Shown here: positions 7,246-17,062 of the stretch, piece after piece
Layout of the letters: every line of letters starts with the position of its first letter
Position numbering within the stretch: the first letter of the stretch is position 1
IMG/VR virus record: IMGVR_UViG_3300032275_000001
Location: 32,001-96,000 of that record
Source of the DNA: a virus
Taxonomy: Duplodnaviria; Caudoviricetes
Reading direction: 5' to 3' (one strand)
DNA length: 64,000 bases
Made by a program: the position numbers and the translations under genes
Notes under the pieces: generated by a model
What the model was told of the DNA's origin: nothing
Seen by the model: only the letters and a program-made list of their open reading frames with translations
Databases searched by the model: none

Positions 7246-7402
7246 GTGGGTGGGTGGGTTTGTCTATAAGAATAATTAATCATTTGTATAGCTAAATAGA
7301 TAAAATTATTCATAATATAGCTATGATATAAAAATATTTATTTATTATGTTCATTATATGTATTTATTATATATCTTTGTATGTAGAATATGAAACTAAA
7401 TT

Positions 7403-7753
7403 ATGGAACCAACAGTAACATTACAAAGACTAAAGAAAGTTGTACCAACTGATATACAACTAGCTGAGAAGTATTATTCTATTCTATCAGCTATAAACAA
7501 TCTTCATCTCACTGATAGAGAAATACAGCTTATATCTTTTACAGCTATTAAAGGAAACATTACATATGCTAATGTAAGGGAAGAGTTCTGCAAACTACAC
7601 AAGACAACAAGTCCTACAATTAACAACATCATCAGTAAGCTGAAGAAGGTTGGTATATTTATTAAGGAAGGTGGTAAGGTGAAGGTGAATCCAGTTATTG
7701 TTATTGATTTCACTAAAGATTTAACATTAGAAATAACACTTACACATGAATAA
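7403..7753 (+). CDS. winged-helix/HTH DNA-binding protein
   Basis: LTDREIQL...TSPTINNIISKLKKVGIF...VKVNP wHTH-like pattern; lies upstream of the packaging block. Confidence 0.7.
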   Translation: MEPTVTLQRLKKVVPTDIQLAEKYYSILSAINNLHLTDREIQLISFTAIKGNITYANVREEFCKLHKTTSPTINNIISKLKKVGIFIKEGGKVKVNPVIVIDFTKDLTLEITLTHE

Positions 7754-8090
7754 GCCAACAACAATGTCTGTGAAAGAGTTCATCATTAAAAGGATGGCTC
7801 TTAGTTTGGTAGTCTCTGAAAAGGTGATTGATCAAGTTGTACAACATCAGTTTGATTCTGCCAATGATGCTCTTAATTTAAATAACACTGTTGAGATATC
7901 AGGGTTTGGTAAGTTCTTTTTCAATACAAAGAAAGCAGAAGCACATTACAATAAGCTTCTAGCTATGAAGCAAGCATATGAGAATACATTAGCTGATGAA
8001 TCTATTACAGATAAAAAGAGATATGCTACAGAACAAAGAATGATTACAGTGTTGAAGGATATCAAAACATTAAAACCAAAGATGAAATGA
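7746..8090 (+). CDS. IHF/HU-like DNA-binding protein
   Basis: VEISGFGKF motif. Confidence 0.7.
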   Translation: MNKPTTMSVKEFIIKRMALSLVVSEKVIDQVVQHQFDSANDALNLNNTVEISGFGKFFFNTKKAEAHYNKLLAMKQAYENTLADESITDKKRYATEQRMITVLKDIKTLKPKMK

Positions 8091-8344
8091 GTCTATCACA
8101 AGTAATTGAAGGATGGAAGAATCATCTTCTCCCTGAAGAAAGAAATAAAGCTTTTATAGAATATACAAGCCAAACAAGAACTGCTATATGTGAACAATGT
8201 GATAAGCATTCTTCTAAGCACAAATCAGTGAGACCAGATGCACATTGCACAGAATGTGGATGTACACTCTCAGCAAAAACAAAATGTTTAACATGTGAAT
8301 GCCCATTAAAAAAATGGAAAGCCACAGAACTACCTACAATATGA
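8087..8344 (+). CDS. Cys-rich zinc-finger protein
   Basis: CEQC...CTECGC...KTKC..CECP..KW. Confidence 0.75.
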   Translation: MSLSQVIEGWKNHLLPEERNKAFIEYTSQTRTAICEQCDKHSSKHKSVRPDAHCTECGCTLSAKTKCLTCECPLKKWKATELPTI

Positions 8345-8652
8345 ACATACGTAAAATTCCTTTAGAGCCTCTTATGCAAATCCTAACAGATCTATTTGAT
8401 AATGGAGCTGATTTCATTGATATATCAGGGGAACAGAATGCAGAAGGTGATGCACCAAGAGACATGATAAAGATTTCAATTAAACCTGAATATATGATGG
8501 ATCATGATGACTCTGGTGATGAGAACATGATTGAGTTTATAGAAGAGGAAATAGAGATGGATTACACTGGTTCATTTGAAGAGAACACTAAACGTAGTAT
8601 TATAGATAATAAAACGTCCTTCTCTGATGAAGATATAAATAATTTAATATAG
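8341..8652 (+). CDS. acidic hypothetical protein
   Basis: ORF 8299-8652; ATG 8341 overlapping the upstream stop is the likelier start. Confidence 0.7.
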   Translation: MNIRKIPLEPLMQILTDLFDNGADFIDISGEQNAEGDAPRDMIKISIKPEYMMDHDDSGDENMIEFIEEEIEMDYTGSFEENTKRSIIDNKTSFSDEDINNLI

Positions 8653-8658
8653 AAAGCT

Positions 8659-8934
8659 ATGACAAAACCAAACTATCATAGAAAAATTATACAGCTGTTA
8701 GAACGTCTACACAAAGCACATCCTACATATAATATAGGAAGACATTTTGCAACAGCTCTTGATGGTTATCAAGATGTATGGGGAGTGTCTGACAAAGAAC
8801 TGCTATTCTCATTACAGAAATATGAAGCAAGCTTGAATATGGATAGAGATCATATAGATGAAGAAGAATTGGAAGAGATAATAAAGGATGGCATGAATTT
8901 GGAGAGAACATTGTTCGAAGAGGAGGAAGACTAA
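8659..8934 (+). CDS. hypothetical protein
   Basis: ORF track; operon position. Confidence 0.75.
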   Translation: MTKPNYHRKIIQLLERLHKAHPTYNIGRHFATALDGYQDVWGVSDKELLFSLQKYEASLNMDRDHIDEEELEEIIKDGMNLERTLFEEEED

Positions 8935-8959
8935 TAACTAATATAATACCAACTACATT

Positions 8960-9442
8960 ATGGAAGATCAAGATTTAAGATGGAATATGGATACAAGTTC
9001 ATTTGATACATGGTATCAAACTACATGGACAAAAGAAAACAAAACTGTTCCATATATTTTTAATGGAAAAACATTAGGAACATTTAGAAGAGCTTGTTAT
9101 GGAGATATGCAAGATAACATTAATAAATGCTATCAAAGAGATATTAAAGATCAATTTTTAAACAATCCTAATAACTATAAATCTACACATGTTGTATTTA
9201 AAGATAATTTTTGTTATGTAAAAGTAGGATATTCTAGCAATCAAATTAAAGCAGCCTTAACTATATTAGAAAATAAAAAAACTTTTACTGGTAAAGTAAA
9301 AAATAGTTATTTAAATGTATACTTATATTTATTAAAAGTAATAAAAAAAATAAAGTCTTTTAAAGAAAATAAAGAAGAAGAAGAATCAATGGCAGAATTT
9401 TTAGATTATAATTTTGTTAAAACTAAACAACTATGGCATTAA
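8960..9442 (+). CDS. hypothetical protein, very AT-rich (possible later insertion)
   Basis: ORF track; composition differs from neighbours. Confidence 0.6.
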   Translation: MEDQDLRWNMDTSSFDTWYQTTWTKENKTVPYIFNGKTLGTFRRACYGDMQDNINKCYQRDIKDQFLNNPNNYKSTHVVFKDNFCYVKVGYSSNQIKAALTILENKKTFTGKVKNSYLNVYLYLLKVIKKIKSFKENKEEEESMAEFLDYNFVKTKQLWH

Positions 9443-9765
9443 AGAAAACTACATATATTACAGCGGAGCTAGATTGGAGCGAAGAGCAACTAAAGTCTTG
9501 GAAACAATACGTTGATGCTAATCCTTTACATACATTAGAGGATAGAATCAAATGGAAAGAAACCAAAGCTGGTGGAGCTATGCCTATGGTGATTGCAAGC
9601 ATTGAAGCTCAAGGTAAGTTTGTACAAGAGACAATGAAGAACTACCTAGCTCTCTTAGAACAAGTTGAGAAACTACGTGAGAAAGAAGAAGCAAAGGTGG
9701 TGCCTGTAAGAGGTGGTGTTGAGCTTGGATCTATGGCTGAAGATTTCTTAAAGGGTAGGAAGTAA
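9433..9765 (+). CDS. putative terminase small subunit
   Basis: 110-aa helical ORF translationally coupled (TAATG) to TerL; assignment is positional. Confidence 0.45.
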   Translation: MALKKTTYITAELDWSEEQLKSWKQYVDANPLHTLEDRIKWKETKAGGAMPMVIASIEAQGKFVQETMKNYLALLEQVEKLREKEEAKVVPVRGGVELGSMAEDFLKGRK

Positions 9766-11789
9766 TGGATGGCCTTCAAAGTATTGATTACAAAGACTGG
9801 TTTATCAACCAGAAGAGAGTTCCACAAAAAGACTCAGAAGAGTATAAGGAATTCTATGCTTTCCATAAACAACTATGTATGGATGGTTGTACAATGGGAG
9901 GAGTATATATCAATCCTTTTTTATATTGGCATTTAAACTTCTGGAATACAGAGGTAGACATTATAGATGAACGTGGTAGAATATCACAGAAATATGCTAA
10001 CCCATATCTACGTGATAACGAATGGGTTATTACAAATGAAATAGATAGAGCACAAATAGAAAAGAAAGGCCTGGTTATACTAGGCATTCGTCGTTTGGCT
10101 AAGTCAGTAATTGAGAGCAGTTATATAGGTTGGGGAGCTACATTTGATGAGAACTCCCAGAACATTATAGCAGGATTGAATGCTCCCGATATAAAGCTTA
10201 TCACAGATAAGATTGACAAAGGATTAAACTTTTTACCAGAAGCATGGAGATGGCAGAGAGTAGAAGACAATTGGAAAAACCAAGTTACTTTAGGGATCAA
10301 GACAAAAGCAGGAGAGCGAATCCCCTTTTCTCAGATCCTTATTCGTAACTTAGATGGTGGTAATAACGAGGAAGCAATTGCAGGTACTAAACCTAGAAAA
10401 TTAATTATTGATGAGATTGGTAAAGGAAGTTTTCTTAGAGGACTACAAGCTGCAACACCAGGTTTTACTACACCATATGGGTGGGGATGTAGCCCTATCC
10501 TTACAGGTACTGGAGGAGATATGCAGAACTTTATGGATGCTAAGTCTCTTATGTTCGATGTAGAAAATTTCAACTTCCTTACATACAATAACGCTAAAGA
10601 TGATCAGAGAGTACATGGGCTATTTATTTCCCATAAGTACAGAATGGAAGCTAAAGAAGAATCCTCATTAGGAGCCTACCTTGAACAACCTGCAGATTCT
10701 GAATTACACAATGTAAAAATGTTAGTCTCTAATTTAGAGAAAGCAGATAAGATTACAAATGATAACCTTGACAGATTAAAGAAAGCTGGTGATAGACTAG
10801 CTTATTTAAAAGAGAAGATGTATTACCCACAAGAAGTGGATGATATATTCTTGAATGAGGACACAAATATATTTGATATAGAAGCATCTAAACGTCAGAA
10901 AGCCAGACTGCTAGCACAAGAAAGAACAGGAACACCTGTTATTCTTTATGATGATGGACAAGGAGTTAAACATGAGTTTACAGATAAAATGCCTATATCA
11001 AACTTCCCTTTGAAGAATAGTGATAACAAAGAAGCTCCTGTAGTAATATATGAGTTTCCAATTGAAAGTCCTCCTTATGGATTATATGTAGCAGGGATTG
11101 ACCCTTATAGACAGGGAAAGTCTGCTTATTCAAGTTCATTAGGATCTGTATATATATACAAACGTATGCATGCTATTTCTGGAGAGAAGTATCAAGATAT
11201 GTTTGTAGCTAGTTATTGTGCTAGACCAGAGAAGAAAGAAACATGGGAAGAACAAGCACGCTACCTGATTAAATATTACAATGCAAGAGCTCTATGTGAG
11301 AATGACGAAATATCCTTTATAGATTACATGATAGCTAAAGGAGATGCTCATTACCTAGAAAGACAACCTGATTGGTTAAAGGAAATAGTTCCAAACACTA
11401 CCGTAAGAAGAGACTATGGAATACATAGATCTTCTGAGAAAATTAGAGACTTTTTACATGGCTGCCTTAAAAAATATTCAGAAGAAGTTATACATACAGA
11501 GAAAGATGAAGATGGAAACATTAAATCTGAAACAAAAGGTATGTCTAAAATATTTGATCCTGTTCTCCTCGAGGAGATGATACAATATAATGAGACAGGC
11601 AACTTTGATAGAATCATTGCAGCAGAACTAGCAATAGCTCTAGCAATGAAACTAGATCCCATAATGGGAAAAATAGGAGGAGAGCAAGATGTAAGAATGC
11701 AATCAATGTTCACTAAGAACAAAAAGAATACTCTGTTTACACAAAGCAGATCAATGTTTAACACACCAAAAAATAAATTGTTTAGATAA
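9765..11789 (+). CDS. terL: terminase large subunit
   Basis: Walker A-like IRRLAKS, Walker B LIIDEIG, coupling motif LTGTGG, nuclease motifs YVAGIDP and NFDRI. Confidence 0.95.
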   Translation: MDGLQSIDYKDWFINQKRVPQKDSEEYKEFYAFHKQLCMDGCTMGGVYINPFLYWHLNFWNTEVDIIDERGRISQKYANPYLRDNEWVITNEIDRAQIEKKGLVILGIRRLAKSVIESSYIGWGATFDENSQNIIAGLNAPDIKLITDKIDKGLNFLPEAWRWQRVEDNWKNQVTLGIKTKAGERIPFSQILIRNLDGGNNEEAIAGTKPRKLIIDEIGKGSFLRGLQAATPGFTTPYGWGCSPILTGTGGDMQNFMDAKSLMFDVENFNFLTYNNAKDDQRVHGLFISHKYRMEAKEESSLGAYLEQPADSELHNVKMLVSNLEKADKITNDNLDRLKKAGDRLAYLKEKMYYPQEVDDIFLNEDTNIFDIEASKRQKARLLAQERTGTPVILYDDGQGVKHEFTDKMPISNFPLKNSDNKEAPVVIYEFPIESPPYGLYVAGIDPYRQGKSAYSSSLGSVYIYKRMHAISGEKYQDMFVASYCARPEKKETWEEQARYLIKYYNARALCENDEISFIDYMIAKGDAHYLERQPDWLKEIVPNTTVRRDYGIHRSSEKIRDFLHGCLKKYSEEVIHTEKDEDGNIKSETKGMSKIFDPVLLEEMIQYNETGNFDRIIAAELAIALAMKLDPIMGKIGGEQDVRMQSMFTKNKKNTLFTQSRSMFNTPKNKLFR

Positions 11790-11790
11790 C

Positions 11791-12336
11791 ATGGCAGAAC
11801 ATAAATACAAAAATAAAGAATATAAGTCCAGAATAAACGGAAAACATACTATTCAATATAATGCTTGGAAAGCTATGTATCAAAGATGTAATGATAGTAA
11901 TTTACATTTAAAACATCCTTCATACAAAGATTGTTATATTTGTGATGAATGGTTAGATTTTCAAATCTTTGCAAAATGGTTTGATGAAAATTATATTGAA
12001 GGTTACCAATTAGATAAAGATTTATTAACTACTGGAAATAAATTATATTCACCAGCAACTTGTTGTTTTATCCCACAAGAAATAAATCTTTCTATTATAA
12101 AACCTCATACATCTAGAAATTTACCTTTAGGTGTGTATAAACACCATTATAAATTTGTAACACATATAAAAGAAAATAAAGTTAGTAAATATATAGGTAT
12201 TTTTAATTCAATTGAAAAAGCTTCTGATTGTTATATTAAAGAAAAACAAAAACAATTAAAAAAGTTGGCACAAAAATATAAAGATACTATTACATTAGAA
12301 ACTTATAACTCTTTATTAAACTATATAGTAAATTAA
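11791..12336 (+). CDS. free-standing HNH-type homing endonuclease with AP2-like C-terminus
   Basis: YNAWKAMYQRC...CDEWLDFQIFAKW...QLDKDLL...YSPATCCFIPQEIN, LPLGV, YIGIF. Confidence 0.8.
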   Translation: MAEHKYKNKEYKSRINGKHTIQYNAWKAMYQRCNDSNLHLKHPSYKDCYICDEWLDFQIFAKWFDENYIEGYQLDKDLLTTGNKLYSPATCCFIPQEINLSIIKPHTSRNLPLGVYKHHYKFVTHIKENKVSKYIGIFNSIEKASDCYIKEKQKQLKKLAQKYKDTITLETYNSLLNYIVN

Positions 12337-12338
12337 TT

Positions 12339-14924
12339 ATGATAATTAGATACACAAAAGACGCTACCATACGGTATGCCTACTTAAACATCTTTCCTGA
12401 TCAGTTCAAGACAGAGAAGGAGAAACAAGATGAGAGCTGGATTAAGAACACCATGGATTATTTTTCCAACAAGGCTTATGCTGAATACATAAAGAATAGA
12501 GATACGTTTGTAAAAAACTATGATCTTATGAAGGGGATTCTGCGTATGGAAGATTTCTATCAGGAACCAGAGGTGAGAAGCTTTACAGATGTACTTACAG
12601 CAGATCTAGAACTTCCAGCTTATGTAAAACATTATTCTATTGTAACAACACCTATTAATGAGTTAGTAGGAGAGATATCAAAAAGACCTGATACATTCAG
12701 AGTGAAAGCTTTTGATGATGATAGTAAAGCAGAAGAACTTCAGTTCAAAACCGATACATTACAAGAATATGTAATCAATCAAGTGAAGCAACAACTAACT
12801 GCAAAAGCTGCAATGCAAGGAGAAGAAATTGATCCTGAGCAACTAGATCAGATGACTATGGAACAAGTTAAAGATCAACTTGATAGTTATACATCCATAG
12901 CTGAGAAGTGGGCTAACCATGTTCTTACATGTCAGAAAGCTGAATTCAATCTTAAAGAAAAGAGTGAGGATGCATTTAGAGATATGTTAATATCTGCTAG
13001 AGAGTTCTATCATATATATGAAGACAACTCTAAGTTAGGATTTAACATAGAGGTGGCTAATCCAAAAAATACTTGGTATCTATCTACACCAGATAGAAAA
13101 TATATATCAGATCCAACAGGTAGAGCACAAGGTGCATATGCTGCTGGTACTGTGACAGTTATGGAACTATCTGAGATTATTGAATCTGTTCCTGATCTTA
13201 CTAAAGAAGAAATAGATCACCTCAGATCATCATTACAAGATTATGGACTAATCAATGTACGTGAATCTAATCTTGGTAATCCTAATGCTCCAGAAGGTAT
13301 TGACTCTGTAAACTATGATACATTTGACCCTCTTGTATTACAAACAAGAATGATGATAGAGAGTGAGATGAAGGAGAACAATGATGGACTTAAAGATTTC
13401 TTAGGTCTTACTAATAATGTAAGTTCATTTGGATATAAATATGTTGTTGTAAGAAGCTATTGGATATCTAAAAAGAAAATAGGTAAGTTGATTTATATAG
13501 ATGAAATGGGTAACGAGCAATCAATGCTTGTTGATGAATCGTATAAATCAGGAACTATTCCGACACAAGAATCATTAGAATGGGGATGGATTAACCAATG
13601 GTACCAAGGAACTAAGATTGGTCCAGACATTTATCACATTAAACCATTTAAGTTATTAAACTACTGTCCTATCATAGGCATTGTGCATGAGGTGAAGAAT
13701 ACAGAGGCTAAATCTCTTGTTGATCTCATGAAGCCTTTCCAAGTAATATATAATGTATGTATGAACCAACTTTACAAACTACTTGAGAAAGAAGTTGGTA
13801 AGGTGCAGCTTATGTCATTAAGACACATTCCTATTCCTAAAGATGGAGATGCACAAGATGCCTTAGACATATGGGAAATGGAAGCACGTAATAGAGGAGT
13901 GGTATTTATTGATGATAGTCCAGAGAACATGAAGAGCCCTAGCTCATTCAATCAATTTACAGCTCTTGACCTTACACGTACACAGGAGATACAATCTAGA
14001 TATAATCTTGCTATGCAGATTAAACAAGAGTGTTGGGAACTTGTAGGTATGTCTAAACAACGTATGGGATCTGTTTCTGCTTCTGAATCAGCTACAGGTA
14101 CAAACACTGCTATGCAACAGAGTTATTCTCAAACAGAGCCTCTATTCGTGGCTCATGAATATGTAATGGGTCAATTGTATCAGAGTATTATAGATGCTGC
14201 TTTATATGTAGAATCATCTAAACCACAATCCACTCTATCATATATTACATCTGAAGGAGAATCTGCATTTGTACAAGTGAATGGAACAGATCTTAGATTT
14301 AGAGATTTGAAAGTGTTCCTTACTAACAGACCAGAAGATACACAAATGTTTAATGAGCTTAGACAATTGTCTCAAGCTATTATACAGAATGGTGGCACAC
14401 TTTATGATGTTGTTGAACTATACAGTTCTAAATCACAAAGAGATCTTAAGAAAACATTCAAAGATCTTAGAGATAGACAAATTGCACAGCAAGAACAAGC
14501 TCAGCAATTACAACAGCAACAACAACAAGCTCAAGAGCAACAAGCTCAAGCTCAACAACAGTTTGCTATACAACAACATCAAGAACAACTTGCTCATGAT
14601 GATTATCAAAAAGAACTTGATAGACTATCTAAAGAAAAGATTGCCATCATTGCTGCTACTGGATATGGTAATATTGAGAGTGAAGATGTTAATGCTAATG
14701 CTATTCCTGATGTAATGGAGATGAGTAGATTAGCTCATGACCAAGAGAAAGCTTCTAAAGACTATGGATTAAAAATGGCTGATATTCAATCTAAGAATAA
14801 ACAAGCTAGTGATAAAATGTCTATAGAAAAAGAAAAATTAGCAGTGCAAAGAGAGAATATGGCAAATGATGAAAAAATAGCAAAGATAAATGCAAGCAAT
14901 AGAGCAAATAAAACAAAGAAATAA
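12339..14924 (+). CDS. portal protein
   Basis: 861 aa between TerL and MCP; Q-rich C-terminal coiled-coil barrel; crAss-like gene order. Confidence 0.9.
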   Translation: MIIRYTKDATIRYAYLNIFPDQFKTEKEKQDESWIKNTMDYFSNKAYAEYIKNRDTFVKNYDLMKGILRMEDFYQEPEVRSFTDVLTADLELPAYVKHYSIVTTPINELVGEISKRPDTFRVKAFDDDSKAEELQFKTDTLQEYVINQVKQQLTAKAAMQGEEIDPEQLDQMTMEQVKDQLDSYTSIAEKWANHVLTCQKAEFNLKEKSEDAFRDMLISAREFYHIYEDNSKLGFNIEVANPKNTWYLSTPDRKYISDPTGRAQGAYAAGTVTVMELSEIIESVPDLTKEEIDHLRSSLQDYGLINVRESNLGNPNAPEGIDSVNYDTFDPLVLQTRMMIESEMKENNDGLKDFLGLTNNVSSFGYKYVVVRSYWISKKKIGKLIYIDEMGNEQSMLVDESYKSGTIPTQESLEWGWINQWYQGTKIGPDIYHIKPFKLLNYCPIIGIVHEVKNTEAKSLVDLMKPFQVIYNVCMNQLYKLLEKEVGKVQLMSLRHIPIPKDGDAQDALDIWEMEARNRGVVFIDDSPENMKSPSSFNQFTALDLTRTQEIQSRYNLAMQIKQECWELVGMSKQRMGSVSASESATGTNTAMQQSYSQTEPLFVAHEYVMGQLYQSIIDAALYVESSKPQSTLSYITSEGESAFVQVNGTDLRFRDLKVFLTNRPEDTQMFNELRQLSQAIIQNGGTLYDVVELYSSKSQRDLKKTFKDLRDRQIAQQEQAQQLQQQQQQAQEQQAQAQQQFAIQQHQEQLAHDDYQKELDRLSKEKIAIIAATGYGNIESEDVNANAIPDVMEMSRLAHDQEKASKDYGLKMADIQSKNKQASDKMSIEKEKLAVQRENMANDEKIAKINASNRANKTKK

Positions 14925-15627
14925 AAAAGGTTTAATTTATAAAATAAACTTAAGTGATAAATTTATTATAGGAAGTACTATAAATTATAAAGAAAGAGTA
15001 TATCACCATAAGTATTGTTTAATAAATAATAAACATTGTAATAAACCATTACAGTCATTATATAATAAATTAGATAATAAAAATATTAGCTTTGAAATAT
15101 TACAAGAAGATATTCCAGAAATTATTTTACAATATGTAGAGGATATTTGGATAGGTGCAAGTTGTAGTAAAATACAAGATAAAAAACAAGGTTTAAATAT
15201 AATAGACGGTTCTAGGATTTCTTATACAAAAGAAATGATAGAACATAAAAGAATTATACAAACTGAAAAAATGAAAAATCTTTCAGTAGAAGATAAAAAA
15301 CAAATATATATAAAAGGACAACTTACTAAAAAAGTAAAAATTATAGAAATAGGAGAAAATATATCAAAAGGTAGAAAAAATAATGCAAAGTTTAACTGGG
15401 ATAATAATCAAACAAAACCTGTTACTCAGTTAACAAAAGATGACATAGTTATCAATACATGGTCTTCTGCTTATCAAGTGCAAAAAGAATTAGGTTTTAG
15501 TTCTTCTAAAATCAGTGCTGTTTGTAGAAATAAATATAATTTAAAAACACATAATAACTATAAATGGAGATTCTCTACAATAGAAGAAATAGAAAATGCT
15601 AAAGGACGTAATAACAAAAAAGGTTAA
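14890..15627 (+). CDS. GIY-YIG homing endonuclease with NUMOD1 domain
   Basis: GLIYKI..FIIGST..R...H..L...KHCN..LQ; C-terminal KPVTQ..W.SA..V.KELG..ISAVC...YKWRF. Confidence 0.8.
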   Translation: MQAIEQIKQRNKKGLIYKINLSDKFIIGSTINYKERVYHHKYCLINNKHCNKPLQSLYNKLDNKNISFEILQEDIPEIILQYVEDIWIGASCSKIQDKKQGLNIIDGSRISYTKEMIEHKRIIQTEKMKNLSVEDKKQIYIKGQLTKKVKIIEIGENISKGRKNNAKFNWDNNQTKPVTQLTKDDIVINTWSSAYQVQKELGFSSSKISAVCRNKYNLKTHNNYKWRFSTIEEIENAKGRNNKKG

Positions 15628-15633
15628 AAAACT

Positions 15634-15651
15634 TCTCCTCTTCGGGGGAGA
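15634..15651 (+). other. stable hairpin with cUUCGg loop after the portal/HEG
   Basis: TCTCCTC-TTCG-GGGGAGA. Confidence 0.55.
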
Positions 15652-15706
15652 TAAAAATATTAATGCTATATTATCAACAAAATTGAATCACATTGGCTGA
15701 TAATGC

Positions 15707-15737
15707 TTTGATATTCAAAACTCTTATTATACATTTA
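15707..15737 (+). promoter_or_regulatory. Bacteroidota-type promoter variant (TTTG-N19-TACATTTA)
   Basis: near-consensus match upstream of the scaffold/MCP genes. Confidence 0.5.
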
Positions 15738-15770
15738 CACTAAATAAACCAAACACAAATACAACTACAT

Positions 15771-17033
15771 ATGGCTGACAATTTAGAAACTATGGGAAAC
15801 TTTAGTATCCAAGATACTATGGAAATGGGAATGGGTAACCAAGAACTATTAAATGACTTGTTTTCTCCTGAAACAGCATCCTCTAATCCAGAAGATGTAA
15901 CTCCTATTATCAATGAGGCTGATGCACCTGCTGCACCTGCTAAACCAGAAGTTCCAAAAGGTAAGGACATTGTTCCTCCAAAGAGCGTTGATGGTAAAAC
16001 AGATGAAGAGAAACTAGAAGGTCAATCAATGATCTCTGATTTCTTAAGTGATAACCCTGATGATGAAGAGGAAGACGCTCCAGTATCAAAAGTTGCAAAA
16101 TCTGCAACAGTTGATAATGATGATGAATCTGATGAACCAGAAACAACTCAGTTCACAGCTCTTGCTAATGATCTATATAAACTAGGAGTGTTCACATCTG
16201 AAGATGATGATGATGATCAAGAACCAGTAACTACAGCAGAAGAGTTTTTAGAAAGATTCAATGCTGAGAAGAAAAAAGGTGCTAGTGAAATAGTACAAAA
16301 CTTCATAGGACAATTTGGAGAAGATTATCAAGAAGCGTTTGATGCCATATTTGTAAAAGGAGTTGATCCAAAAGATTACTTCACTACATATAATACTGTT
16401 GTTGGATTTGCTGAGATGGATCTTTCTGATGAGACCAATCAAGTTAGAATAATGAAACAAGCTCTAACTAATCAAGGGTTTGATCCAGAAGATATAGAAA
16501 CAGAAGTTGAAAGACTTAAAAACTACGGTGACTTAGAAAGCGTTGCAACTAAACATCACAAGGTGTTGGTTAAAAAAGAAGCAGCTAAGTTACAAGAATT
16601 AGAAGCTAAATCTGCAGCTGAGCTACAACAAAAAGCTCAAGTCAGAAATCAATATATAAGCAATGTGCAATCCATCTTAAATGATAAGGTGAAAGCAAAA
16701 GAGTTTGATGGTATTCCTATCAATCCAAAATTAGCAACAGAACTACAAGACTTCTTATTAGTAGATAAGTGGAAAACTCCATCAGGAGAAACTCTTACAG
16801 ACTTTGATCGTGCTATTCTTGATATGAAAAGACCTGAGAACCACGCAATGAAAGTTAAGGTGGGACTTCTTTTAAAGATGTTAGAAAAAGATCCTACATT
16901 ATCAACTATACAAAGAACAGGCGTTACAAAGAAATCTAACGAACTGTTTGGAGAAGTTGCAAGACAAGTTACCAAAGCTAAGAGCACTGGTACAGGAACA
17001 AGTAGTGTTAATACAAAATCGTGGTTTCAATAA
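15771..17033 (+). CDS. acidic scaffold-like capsid assembly protein
   Basis: acidic, disordered N-half and helical C-half; sits directly before MCP as in crAss-like capsid blocks. Confidence 0.7.
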   Translation: MADNLETMGNFSIQDTMEMGMGNQELLNDLFSPETASSNPEDVTPIINEADAPAAPAKPEVPKGKDIVPPKSVDGKTDEEKLEGQSMISDFLSDNPDDEEEDAPVSKVAKSATVDNDDESDEPETTQFTALANDLYKLGVFTSEDDDDDQEPVTTAEEFLERFNAEKKKGASEIVQNFIGQFGEDYQEAFDAIFVKGVDPKDYFTTYNTVVGFAEMDLSDETNQVRIMKQALTNQGFDPEDIETEVERLKNYGDLESVATKHHKVLVKKEAAKLQELEAKSAAELQQKAQVRNQYISNVQSILNDKVKAKEFDGIPINPKLATELQDFLLVDKWKTPSGETLTDFDRAILDMKRPENHAMKVKVGLLLKMLEKDPTLSTIQRTGVTKKSNELFGEVARQVTKAKSTGTGTSSVNTKSWFQ

Positions 17034-17062
17034 CAAATTAATAATTAATAAATTCAAATAAA

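Noticed and set aside
7088-7279. Plus-strand 63-aa ORF at the strand switch
   Set aside because: GTG start, runs through promoter, A-tracts and hairpins; composition is not protein-like
8650-8661. TAG in frame with the next gene (possible fusion by readthrough)
   Set aside because: The downstream gene has its own ATG; in-frame spacing has a one-in-three chance
14480-14600. CAA-rich repeat in the portal gene as a contingency locus
   Set aside because: Encodes the Q-rich coiled-coil barrel expected in such portals; imperfect at the DNA level
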